64,000 bases of DNA from Actinomycetota bacterium (GTDB lineage: Bacteria > Actinomycetota > Thermoleophilia > Solirubrobacterales > JACPNS01), in contig JACRKX010000024.1 in the NCBI GenBank assembly GCA_016219715.1, positions 141 through 64,140 of the forward strand. Direction: 5' to 3'. Numbering within the stretch: the first letter of the stretch is position 1; every line of letters begins with the position of its first letter. The notes beneath the pieces were generated by a model that worked only from the letters and a program-made list of their open reading frames with translations, was not told the origin of the DNA and searched no databases. The translations under genes and the position numbers were made by a program. Positions 51,389 through 59,969 of this stretch are shown here, in pieces.

Positions 51389-51419
51389 AGCCGGCCCGGC
51401 GAAGCTCGCCAGGCCGGCT
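51389..51419. terminator. Hairpin between convergent genes
   Basis: AGCCGGCC-C-GGCGA-AGC-TCGCC-A-GGCCGGCT. Confidence 0.65.
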
Positions 51420-51444
51420 CTCATTTGGCTGGGCTTCGTTGCTC

Positions 51445-52887
51445 TCAGCCGGTGAACTGCGGTGTGACGCGTCTCGCGGCCGCGCGGACCCGGCACTTCG
51501 AGATCCGTCGCGTTGCCGACGCGCTGCGGCCGTCGGCGTAGGTTGTGACCACGCGCACGCGGTGCGTTCCCGGTTTGTAACCGCGCAGGTTGATGACGAA
51601 CGTCGGCTTCGACCAGGACACCTTCTTCTTGAGCTTTCCATCGACGTACAGCGAGACGGTCGACGGCGTGCCACTGGCGTAGCTGGGTGAGATCCTCAGC
51701 CGGCTGCCGCGCAGGCACTTATTGCTCGTTGAGAAGCTGACCGTCGGCGACGCGGCGGCGACGGTCGGGATCACCGGTGCGTCGACCCACGTCTTGGTCA
51801 CGCGGTTCGATCGCTGCGTCCGTTCGCGGTCGTCGACGAACGTCGCTTCGATCGTGTCGGTTCCGATCGCGGTACCGGTGTAGGTGAACGTTGCGTTGCC
51901 GCTGGCGTCGGTGGTCCCGGTTCCCGTCAGTCCGGCGTGCGGGCCGTCGATCACTTTGAAGGTGACCAGCTTGCCGGCAACCGGTTCGACGGCGGCGATC
52001 GTCGGCTCGTCGTTGGTGACCGTTGCCGTGACGGTGTGTGGCGTCCCGATTGGGTTGGTCGCCTCCTCAGGTGAGAGGCGGATGTCGGAGATCACCTCCA
52101 CGCCGCGCGCGAGGATGTACGGCGTCCCGACGCTTCCGTCTGGCGCCGTATAGGTGTTGCCGATGTCTTCGGCGATCGCCAGCACCTCGAACGAGATCGG
52201 GAAGCTGTCGAATGCCTCGTGTACCGAGCAGCTCCAGTTCGACAGAGTCGTGTCGGTCAGGCCGACCAGCGCCGGATGCGTCGCCACGATGTGAGCGTCG
52301 TTGTAACAACCGACTCCTGTCGCCGTGAAGGTGCCAAAACCGCTCAACAAAGGCACGGGTGTCATTGGCGCGGTGTCGTGGTAGTAACAGCTGAGCGAGA
52401 TGTATGCGCCCGTCTTGCCGGCCTCGGCGACGCTGAACGCGGCGGCCTTCTCCATTAGATCGGTACCACCTTGGCCTTGGTGGTAGGTCTCGTCGGTGCC
52501 GATGATGATTACGTTTCCGTCGACGACGGAGGACCACAGCGCCGCGTTGGCCTGTGCCGCCGCGGCGGGGCCGAGTGAGGCGCAGGTCGGATCGCCGAGC
52601 ACGATGCCATCGAAGGCGTCGAACTCGGCCGAACTCATTGCCGACCACTCGCCCGGTGTCTTCAGGATCGGAGTCTTTCCGGCCGCCACGAACTTCTGGG
52701 CGAGTGTGCTCGATACGCCGCCCGAGACGGTCGTGTCGAGGATTACAACCTCGCCGGGGGCGGCTTGTGCCGGCGTGGCAAACAGCGCGAATGCCAACGT
52801 TATGAGCACCGAACATAGGGCGGCGCCGATCGACGGTCTAGCGGCGCCCCGGCTGCTCAAGGGCGGCGCTGCGAATGCGAAGATCAT
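51445..52887 (-). CDS. Secreted protein with Ig-like (Big-1-like) domain and a basic C-terminal domain ending PQFTG
   Basis: Signal ending PAQA-A; Cys/His-containing N-domain; H.VTATV...TD..G.A.FTY...GTD.I.A Ig-like segment. Confidence 0.75.
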   Translation of the reverse strand: MIFAFAAPPLSSRGAARPSIGAALCSVLITLAFALFATPAQAAPGEVVILDTTVSGGVSSTLAQKFVAAGKTPILKTPGEWSAMSSAEFDAFDGIVLGDPTCASLGPAAAAQANAALWSSVVDGNVIIIGTDETYHQGQGGTDLMEKAAAFSVAEAGKTGAYISLSCYYHDTAPMTPVPLLSGFGTFTATGVGCYNDAHIVATHPALVGLTDTTLSNWSCSVHEAFDSFPISFEVLAIAEDIGNTYTAPDGSVGTPYILARGVEVISDIRLSPEEATNPIGTPHTVTATVTNDEPTIAAVEPVAGKLVTFKVIDGPHAGLTGTGTTDASGNATFTYTGTAIGTDTIEATFVDDRERTQRSNRVTKTWVDAPVIPTVAAASPTVSFSTSNKCLRGSRLRISPSYASGTPSTVSLYVDGKLKKKVSWSKPTFVINLRGYKPGTHRVRVVTTYADGRSASATRRISKCRVRAAARRVTPQFTG

Positions 52888-53118
52888 TGGTGGAACCTTT
52901 CTGGGAGTGATTAGTCGCCCGACCTTCGACGTTTTTGCGCACGACGACGGTCGGGACGATTCATCGGATTCGACTGAGCCACCGGGATCGCTGCCGAGTG
53001 ATTCCGGGTGGCCTGCCCGAGTGATCGGTCAGCGCAGGGCGTGACCGGGCATTGCCAGCATCCTCCCAGAATTGAGTGCCGCGCGCAGTGGCGTCGCGAC
53101 GAGCGGCTCTGAGCGGGC

Positions 53119-53868
53119 TTACTCCGCGGCTAGCGCCGCGAGCGCCTCTTCGGAGACGTCGAAGTTCGCGGCGACGTCGTTCACGTCGTCGTGCTCTTCG
53201 AGCGAGTCGATCAGCTTGAACAGCCTGGCGGCGTCCTTGTCGTCTAGCTCTACGCGGTTCTTCGGGCGCTGCACGATGTCGGCGCTTTCGAACTTGACGC
53301 CGGCCTCTTCAAGGGCAGCGCGCACGGGGCCGAAGTCGCTGGGCTCGGTGACGATCTCGAAGACGTCGTCTTCGGGATTGATGTCTTCGGCGCCGGCGTC
53401 GATGGCGATGAACAGATCGTCCTCGCTGTAGGCGGCCGCATCGACGATGATTACGCCCTTCTTGTCGAAGTTCCAGGCAACCGAGCCCGGCTCGCCGAGA
53501 CTTCCGCCGCCCTTGCCAAGCAGATGCTTGACGTCGCTGCCGGTGCGGTTGCGATTGTCGGTGAAGCAGTGGATCAGCATCGCAACGCCACCGGGGCCGT
53601 AGCCCTCGTAAACGATCTCCTCGACGGCCGCGGCATCCTTGTCGAGCCCGGCGCCCTTGGCGATCGCGCGCTCGATGTTGTCCTTCGGCATCGAGAAGTC
53701 CTTGGCCTTCTGGATGGCGTGGGCGAGCGATGCATTGCCGTCAGGGTCGGCGCCGTCGCGGGCCGCGATCGTGATCGCGCGCGCCAGCTTCGTGAACAGA
53801 GCACCGCGCTTCGCGTCGGCGGCGCCCTTCTTGTGCTTGATCGACGCCCATTTGGAGTGGCCAGACAT
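53119..53868 (-). CDS. yebC: YebC/PmpR-family protein
   Basis: MSGHSKWASIKHKK, YEGYGPGG, TDNRNRT. Confidence 0.97.
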   Translation of the reverse strand: MSGHSKWASIKHKKGAADAKRGALFTKLARAITIAARDGADPDGNASLAHAIQKAKDFSMPKDNIERAIAKGAGLDKDAAAVEEIVYEGYGPGGVAMLIHCFTDNRNRTGSDVKHLLGKGGGSLGEPGSVAWNFDKKGVIIVDAAAYSEDDLFIAIDAGAEDINPEDDVFEIVTEPSDFGPVRAALEEAGVKFESADIVQRPKNRVELDDKDAARLFKLIDSLEEHDDVNDVAANFDVSEEALAALAAE

Positions 53869-53889
53869 AGCGGGACTAGTGTACGAACG

Positions 53890-54081
53890 ATGAACGACTC
53901 CGCGCGTCCGGCCGGCCGTTTCGGGCTCTGTGACACCTGCGTCAACGCCAAGTTGATCCGTAACACCCGCGGATCCGTATTCCTGATGTGCAATCTGCAC
54001 AAATCCGACGATCGGTACGTCAAATACCCGCGTGCGCCGGTGCTCGAATGCGCCGGCCACAAACAGCCATCCGACGAATGA
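53890..54081 (+). CDS. Small Cys-rich hypothetical protein (63 aa)
   Basis: GLCDTC...RGSVFLMC...KYPRAPVLEC; fills the yebC-ruvC gap. Confidence 0.65.
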   Translation: MNDSARPAGRFGLCDTCVNAKLIRNTRGSVFLMCNLHKSDDRYVKYPRAPVLECAGHKQPSDE

Positions 54082-54098
54082 CGCATGATCCTCAGGTA

Positions 54099-54112
54099 GG
54101 AACATGCGTTCG
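54099..54112. promoter_or_regulatory. LexA (SOS) box
   Basis: GGAAC-ATGC-GTTCG, 18 bp upstream of the ruvC GTG. Confidence 0.85.
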
Positions 54113-54130
54113 TATCTGGAAAACCGAAGC

Positions 54131-54649
54131 GTGATCGTCATCGGCATCGACCCGGGCATCTCAAACACCGGCTACGGCGTGGTCGAGCGTCGTGGCGCGC
54201 AGCTGCTCGCGCTCGACGGCGGGGTGATCGTCACGTCGCCAGACACGCCCCTCGAGTTGCGCCTGGCAAGCATCGCCCGGCGTGTCGCGGAGCTGATCGA
54301 CGAGCACGACCCCGCCGAGATGGCGATCGAAAGCATCTACTTCGGCAAGAACGCCGAGACGGCTTTCCTGGTCGGCCAGGCGCGCGGCGTGGTTCTCGCC
54401 GAGGCCGGCCGCCGCCGCATTCCCGTCGCCTCGTACACACCGCAGCAGATCAAGCTCGCGGTCTGCGGCAGCGGCGGCGCAGAAAAGGACCAGGTGCAGC
54501 GCATGGTCGGCGCGCTTCTGAATCTCCCGCCCGACCCGCTTCCGCCCGACCACGCTGCCGACGCGCTCGCCGTCGGTGTCTGTCACATCAACGGCACGCC
54601 GCTTGCGGCGGCCGTCGCAAATGCCGCCGTCGTCGGGAATCGCGCATGA
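54131..54649 (+). CDS. ruvC: Holliday junction resolvase RuvC
   Basis: IGIDPG..TGYG, AIE..YF, GQARGV, D.ADALA. Confidence 0.97.
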   Translation: MIVIGIDPGISNTGYGVVERRGAQLLALDGGVIVTSPDTPLELRLASIARRVAELIDEHDPAEMAIESIYFGKNAETAFLVGQARGVVLAEAGRRRIPVASYTPQQIKLAVCGSGGAEKDQVQRMVGALLNLPPDPLPPDHAADALAVGVCHINGTPLAAAVANAAVVGNRA

Positions 54650-55239
54650 TCGCGTCAGTCAGCGGCAAGGTGCTGCACAAGGCAATAGACCACGTCGTCG
54701 TCGAGGCGGCGGGCGTGGGGTACCGGCTCAGTGTCAGCGGTCACACGCTCGACGCGGTGCCGCAGTCGGGCGGTCACATCACCTTGATGGCCGAACTAGT
54801 CGTACGCGAAGATGCGATGCAGCTCTACGGCTTCGCCACTGCCGACGAACGTCAGGTCTTCACGCTTCTCACCAGCGTCAACGGCGTCGGCCCCAAGGTC
54901 GCCCTGGCCGTACTCAGCTCGATGTCGGTGACAGAAGTCGAGACCTCGCTGGCCGCCGGCGACGCCCCCCGCTTCCAGAAGGTGCCCGGCATCGGCAAGC
55001 GCACCGCCGAGCGTCTGATCGTCGAACTGAAAGACAAGGTCGTTCCCAGCGGCGAGCCCGTCGTGATCCGCGCCGTCGCGCCCGACGAGCCGCTTGCCCT
55101 TGCCCGCGAGGGCCTGCTGGGTCTCGGCTACAACCCGGCCGAAGCCGACGCCATGCTCGCGTCAGCTACCGGCGAGACCGCCGAAGCACTCATATCTTCG
55201 GCGCTGCGCACATCGGCGATCGGCGGGGCCGCAGCCTGA
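54646..55239 (+). CDS. ruvA: Holliday junction branch migration protein RuvA
   Basis: GVGY, VRED...[22 protein letters not shown]. Confidence 0.97.
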   Translation: MIASVSGKVLHKAIDHVVVEAAGVGYRLSVSGHTLDAVPQSGGHITLMAELVVREDAMQLYGFATADERQVFTLLTSVNGVGPKVALAVLSSMSVTEVETSLAAGDAPRFQKVPGIGKRTAERLIVELKDKVVPSGEPVVIRAVAPDEPLALAREGLLGLGYNPAEADAMLASATGETAEALISSALRTSAIGGAAA

Positions 55240-56246
55240 TGCGCATCCAGTCGGCCACGATCGCCGAGGGTGAAGACGCGATCGATCGCTCGCTGCGCCC
55301 TCGCCGGATCGACGAGTTCGTCGGTCAGCAGAAGGTCAAAGACCAGCTCTCGATCTTCATCGAGGCTGCCCGCCGCCGGGGCCAGCCGCTAGACCACGTG
55401 CTCTTCGCCGGACCACCGGGTCTCGGCAAGACCTCGCTCGCGCAGATCGTCGCCGAAGAACTGGAAGTGCCGTTCATCATGACCGCCGGGCCCGCGCTCG
55501 AGCGCAAGGGTGACGTAGCGGCGTTTCTCACGGCACTAGAGCCGCACTCGGTCTTCTTCGTCGACGAGATCCACCGTCTGCCGCGCGCGCTCGAAGAGAC
55601 GTTCTACCCAGCCATGGAAGACCGCAAGCTGCCGATAACCGTGGGCCAGGGCGCCGGCGCGCGCGTCGTCACGCTCGATCTGCCTCCGTTCACGCTGATC
55701 GGCGCCACCACCCGTACCGGGCTGCTCACCACACCGATGCGCGACCGCTTCGGCGTCTTCCACCGGCTCGAGCACTACGACATCGAAGATCTCGCCACTA
55801 TCGCCCAGCGCAGTGCCGGCATCATCGGCTGCGACCTACAGCCCGGCGGCGCGATCGAAATCGCGCGCCGTTCGCGCGGCACGCCGCGCGTCGCCAACCG
55901 TCTGCTGCACCGCGTGCGCGACTACGCCGAGGTCAAGGCCGATGGCCAGATCACAGAGCAGGTTGCCGCCGAGGCCCTGAACCTCTTCGAAGTCGACGCC
56001 GAAGGGCTCGACCGGCTCGACCGCACGCTGCTTCAGGCGATCTGCGCGAAGTTCGGCGGCGGCCCCGTCGGACTCTCCACGCTCGCCGCGGCAGTCGGCG
56101 AAGCCGAGGACACAATCGAAGACGTGATCGAGCCGTATCTACTCGGTCAGGGGTTCCTGCAGCGCACTCCGCGCGGCCGGGTCGCCACGCTGGCCGCCTT
56201 CGAGCACCTCGGCGTTGAGGCCCCCGTCGAGGCCGGCCTGTTCTGA
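55239..56246 (+). CDS. ruvB: Holliday junction DNA helicase RuvB
   Basis: [38 protein letters not shown]. Confidence 0.98.
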   Translation: MRIQSATIAEGEDAIDRSLRPRRIDEFVGQQKVKDQLSIFIEAARRRGQPLDHVLFAGPPGLGKTSLAQIVAEELEVPFIMTAGPALERKGDVAAFLTALEPHSVFFVDEIHRLPRALEETFYPAMEDRKLPITVGQGAGARVVTLDLPPFTLIGATTRTGLLTTPMRDRFGVFHRLEHYDIEDLATIAQRSAGIIGCDLQPGGAIEIARRSRGTPRVANRLLHRVRDYAEVKADGQITEQVAAEALNLFEVDAEGLDRLDRTLLQAICAKFGGGPVGLSTLAAAVGEAEDTIEDVIEPYLLGQGFLQRTPRGRVATLAAFEHLGVEAPVEAGLF

Positions 56247-56304
56247 CGCTCGCCGAACGGGCAGGTACTCGCTCGCCGTTGTCTAATCTGACCCTCGATT
56301 CGCC

Positions 56305-56751
56305 ATGCCGATTTTCATCTGCCCGCAATGCGGCACCAGGACCAATCACGGTGATCGCACCGCCGGCTTCAGCAACCGTCCGCGCGGCTGCAACAAGTGC
56401 GGCTACGGCTTCGTCTTCGAGCTGCTCGACGACTATTACCCCGCCAGCGGCGCCGCGTTCTTCGTCTGCGACCAGGAAGCTCGCATCATCGGTTGCGGGC
56501 GCGGTTCGTACGAGCTGACGGGCCTGACCGACATGGACGTCTTCGGCCGCCCGGTGCGTGACGTTCTCGGCCTCGAGTTTGCCGACGAGAACGATCCGAT
56601 CGACAAGACGCTCGAATGGGGAGTGCGCTCGACCGGCCACGATGTGACCGTTAGAGCCGAGGGCGATTTGGAGGCCCAAGCAGTTGCCGATATATTCCCT
56701 GCTTACGACGAGGACGGGGGGCTGTTGCTCGTACTCACGCCACAGGTTTGA
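56305..56751 (+). CDS. Zinc-ribbon plus PAS-like domain protein
   Basis: CPQC...CNKC, then FF.CD...RI.......ELTG....D.FGRPV PAS-like segment. Confidence 0.7.
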   Translation: MPIFICPQCGTRTNHGDRTAGFSNRPRGCNKCGYGFVFELLDDYYPASGAAFFVCDQEARIIGCGRGSYELTGLTDMDVFGRPVRDVLGLEFADENDPIDKTLEWGVRSTGHDVTVRAEGDLEAQAVADIFPAYDEDGGLLLVLTPQV

Positions 56752-56887
56752 TCCAGTGGCGGCAATAGCCGCGCCGCGCGCCGAACCACCGCGTCTAACG
56801 ACAACGGGTCCTCTGGCCGTCCGCCCTTGACAAGAACCACTTCACCACAGACACTTCAACTCAACCCACAAACGGAAACCTCGAACT

Positions 56888-58867
56888 TTGGCCAACAAGC
56901 GCAGAAACCTGATCGTTCTCTCACTCGTAGTGGCGCTGCTGGGCGCCTCGGTTGCCGTGATCCTGATCAAGCCCACGAGGCTCGGTCTCGACCTTGCCGG
57001 CGGTATCTCGCTGGTTTACCAGGCAACTCCGAACGATCCCACGCGCGAGCCCACCGACCGGGAGATGCAGAACGCGATCAAGGTCATCAACGACCGCGTG
57101 AACTCCCTGGGTGTCACCGAGGCCGAAGTGCAGGCAGCCGGAAACGACCTGATCGACGTCTCGCTGCCCGATGTGGACGATCCCGACGAGGCCAAGAGCC
57201 TGGTCGGCTCCACCGCCAAGCTCCTCTTCTACAAGTGGGAGGACAACGTCGTCAAGGGCCCCGAGCGCAGCGATGAGATCACCTCCGAAGACGCCGCCTC
57301 CAACCGTGGCTACACCAACCTTCACGAGGCCGTCACGCTCGCCGCGAAGCAGAAGGGCAGCACGACCAGGGCCGAGAAGGCGAAGAACGGCGTTCCCCGC
57401 GCGTCGTACTACCTCTTCGACGACAAGGACAAATTGATCGCCGGCCCGGCGCCTACCGAGGAAGAGCTGCTCAGAAGCGACAACCTTCGCACCGACAAGA
57501 ACGACCCGCTCAAGGGCGAGAAGCCCGAGGGAAGCACCATCTACACGGTGCCTCAGGGCATTCAGATCGTCTCGTATGACCCGGTTGCCAACGAAGAGAG
57601 CAAGCCTCAGTACTTCGTGATCCGCGACCTGCCGTCGCTCTCGGGCGACGACGTCAAGAGCGCCGCGCAAGGCACCGATCAGACCGGTGGCGCCGCCGTC
57701 GACCTGAACTTCACCGGCAAGGGCGGAGACATCTTCCATCGCATCACGCGCGAGTTGCGCGAAGACGGCGAGAACGAGCCCGTGCTCGGCAACAAAGAGG
57801 CGGCCTCGCACCGTTTCGCGATCATCCTCGACGGCAAAGTCGTGTCGCTGGCCTCGATCAGCGCCACCGATCCATCGCTGCGCGACGGCATCTCCGGCGG
57901 CCGTGCGCAGATCACCAATCTTTCGGTGTCCGAGGCCCGTGAGGTCGCCAAGAAGATCGACCTCGGTGCGCTGCCCGTCGACCTGAAGTTGATCTCCCAG
58001 ACGCAGGTTTCGGCCTCGCTTGGTAAGCAGGCGCTCGACGAAGCACTGCTCGCCGCGCTGATCGGCTTCGGCCTCGTGTTCTTCTTCTTGCTTGCTTTCT
58101 ACCGCGTGCTCGGTGTGATCGCCGGCATCGCGCTGATCGCCTACGGCATCCTGTTCTTCGCGCTCACCAAGCTCGTTGGTTTCACCTTCACCCTGCCGGG
58201 CATCGCCGGTCTCGTGCTGACACTTTCGGTGGCGGCCGACGCCAACATCGTCATCTTCGAACGAATAAAGGAAGAGATCCGTGCCGGACGCTCGATGAAG
58301 GCGGCAATCGCGACTGGCTACCAGAAGGGCTTCAGCGCGATCCTCGACGCCAACGTCGTCACGATCCTCGTGGCCTTCATCCTGTTCGTGCTCGCTACCG
58401 CCGGCGTGCGCGGATTCGCCGCTGCGCTCGGTCTGGGAACGATCGTCTCGCTGTTCACCGCGGTCATGGCCACCTCGGCGATCCTCGGCTTACTGTCCGG
58501 CTCGAAGCTGCTCGATCGTCCGTCGGCGCTCGGCGCCTCACAGACGACCAAACGCCGCTGGCAGTTCGACTTCTTCGGCAATTCAAGGAAGTTCTTCTCA
58601 GGTTCAGGAGTGATCCTCTTGGTAGGAGCTTTCGCAATCAGGTCGACGCCGGCGACGCGAAGATCCAGCGGATCTCCGGCAACGTCGAACTCGGTAAAAC
58701 CGCCTTCCAGATCAGCAGCGACAAGATCGGTCCCGAAGACGTGCCGATCGTGCGCGGACAGTTCGACGATCGTTTCGGTATCCGTGGCGACACGCGCGAC
58801 GACCAGCGCTTCGAGGTACAGAGCGTCGGGCCGACATTCGGCGCTGTCGTTGCCCGCAGCGCCGTGA
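56888..58867 (+). CDS. secD: SecD portion of a fused SecDF; homology stops at ~58639 (frame disruption)
   Basis: LGLDLAGG, RVN.LGV.E, GALP, ADANIVIFERIKEE, ILDANV, VRGFA; after SecF TM1 the frame reads nonsense. Confidence 0.9.
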   Translation: MANKRRNLIVLSLVVALLGASVAVILIKPTRLGLDLAGGISLVYQATPNDPTREPTDREMQNAIKVINDRVNSLGVTEAEVQAAGNDLIDVSLPDVDDPDEAKSLVGSTAKLLFYKWEDNVVKGPERSDEITSEDAASNRGYTNLHEAVTLAAKQKGSTTRAEKAKNGVPRASYYLFDDKDKLIAGPAPTEEELLRSDNLRTDKNDPLKGEKPEGSTIYTVPQGIQIVSYDPVANEESKPQYFVIRDLPSLSGDDVKSAAQGTDQTGGAAVDLNFTGKGGDIFHRITRELREDGENEPVLGNKEAASHRFAIILDGKVVSLASISATDPSLRDGISGGRAQITNLSVSEAREVAKKIDLGALPVDLKLISQTQVSASLGKQALDEALLAALIGFGLVFFFLLAFYRVLGVIAGIALIAYGILFFALTKLVGFTFTLPGIAGLVLTLSVAADANIVIFERIKEEIRAGRSMKAAIATGYQKGFSAILDANVVTILVAFILFVLATAGVRGFAAALGLGTIVSLFTAVMATSAILGLLSGSKLLDRPSALGASQTTKRRWQFDFFGNSRKFFSGSGVILLVGAFAIRSTPATRRSSGSPATSNSVKPPSRSAATRSVPKTCRSCADSSTIVSVSVATRATTSASRYRASGRHSALSLPAAP

Positions 58868-59601
58868 TCGCGATCATCTTCTCGCTGCTCGTGATCGGCG
58901 CTTACGTGTCGCTCCGATTCAGCCCGAAGTTCTCGGTCCCGGTGCTGATCGGTCTCGCGCACGACATCCTGATTACCGTCGGCGTGTACGCGCTGCTCGA
59001 TCGCGAGGTAACCAGCGCCACCGTTGCGGCGTTGCTAACGATCCTCGGTTTCTCGCTGTACGACGCGATCATCGTGTTCGACCGAATACGAGAGAACATG
59101 CCGCGTATGCCGCGTGCCGCGTTCTCACAGATCGTCAACCGCTCGATGAGCGAGGTGCTGACGCGTTCGCTGGCGACGTCGTTCGTCACCGCGCTTCCGG
59201 TCACGGCGCTTCTGCTGTTCGGCGGCGAAACGCTTCAGGACTTCGCCTTCGCGCTGCTCGTCGGAACGATCTCCGGCGCGTACTCGTCGATCTTCATCTC
59301 CGCTCCTGTGCTTACGCATTGGAAGGAGCGCGAGCCGATCTTCCAGCAGCGCCGTGAGCGCATCATGTCCGAGAACAATGGCGTGGTTCCGGCCTTTGCG
59401 GTCGAGACGATCGGCGGTGTATCCGTACACGATGAGCCGGGCGCTCCCGCTGCCGGCGAAGTCGTCAGCGAGCCTGCTTCCAACGGGGTCGAGCCGTCCG
59501 AAGAGCCGGCCGGCACTGTTCAGTCAGGGGGCGTCGCGCGCCCCACAACAAAGGCCGAGCGCCGTGCCGCGCGGGCGCGTCGCAAGCACGGCCGCCAGTA
59601 G
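58639..59601 (+). CDS. secF: SecF portion of SecDF, in a different frame and lacking the N-terminal GG motif
   Basis: VGPTFG, HDILI, LTILGFSLYDAIIVFDRIREN, GAYSSIFI; frame is open from at least 58639. Confidence 0.85.
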   Translation, partial: QVDAGDAKIQRISGNVELGKTAFQISSDKIGPEDVPIVRGQFDDRFGIRGDTRDDQRFEVQSVGPTFGAVVARSAVIAIIFSLLVIGAYVSLRFSPKFSVPVLIGLAHDILITVGVYALLDREVTSATVAALLTILGFSLYDAIIVFDRIRENMPRMPRAAFSQIVNRSMSEVLTRSLATSFVTALPVTALLLFGGETLQDFAFALLVGTISGAYSSIFISAPVLTHWKEREPIFQQRRERIMSENNGVVPAFAVETIGGVSVHDEPGAPAAGEVVSEPASNGVEPSEEPAGTVQSGGVARPTTKAERRAARARRKHGRQ

Positions 59602-59626
59602 GCGTCCACGAACGGGGATTCGAATT

Positions 59627-59896
59627 ATGAGCATTCTTGCTTGGTCAATGATGGGAATCGCAATCTGGCACTTCGCCGTGTTCGTGCCCGACCGCTTTCT
59701 CGGCGGCATCGTCGGCGCGTTCTTCGCGGCCTGGCTTGGCGCCGTTGCGGTCGCATTCGTACTCAACGGCTTCGACGCGCCCGGCAAAGACGACACAGAC
59801 TTGATCCAGGCGTTCCTGGCGATCCCGGGCGCAGTGGCCGGTCTCGGCCTTTTCTACTGGCTTGGCGTTCGCGCCGAGGGCAATCCAGAAGCCTGA
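59627..59896 (+). CDS. Small membrane protein
   Basis: MSILAWSMMGIAIWHF.VFVPDRF.GGIVGAF; three hydrophobic segments. Confidence 0.75.
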   Translation: MSILAWSMMGIAIWHFAVFVPDRFLGGIVGAFFAAWLGAVAVAFVLNGFDAPGKDDTDLIQAFLAIPGAVAGLGLFYWLGVRAEGNPEA

Positions 59897-59969
59897 CAAA
59901 CGGGTTTCCCGGTCGATTTCGTGCCGGTTTTCGCGGTCGCTTAGCATCCGCTGCCGGGCGTAGTCTGGC

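Noticed and set aside
58600..58660. Programmed -1 ribosomal frameshift in secDF
   Set aside because: No slippery heptamer at the junction and a conserved motif is missing from both frames, which indicates a deletion
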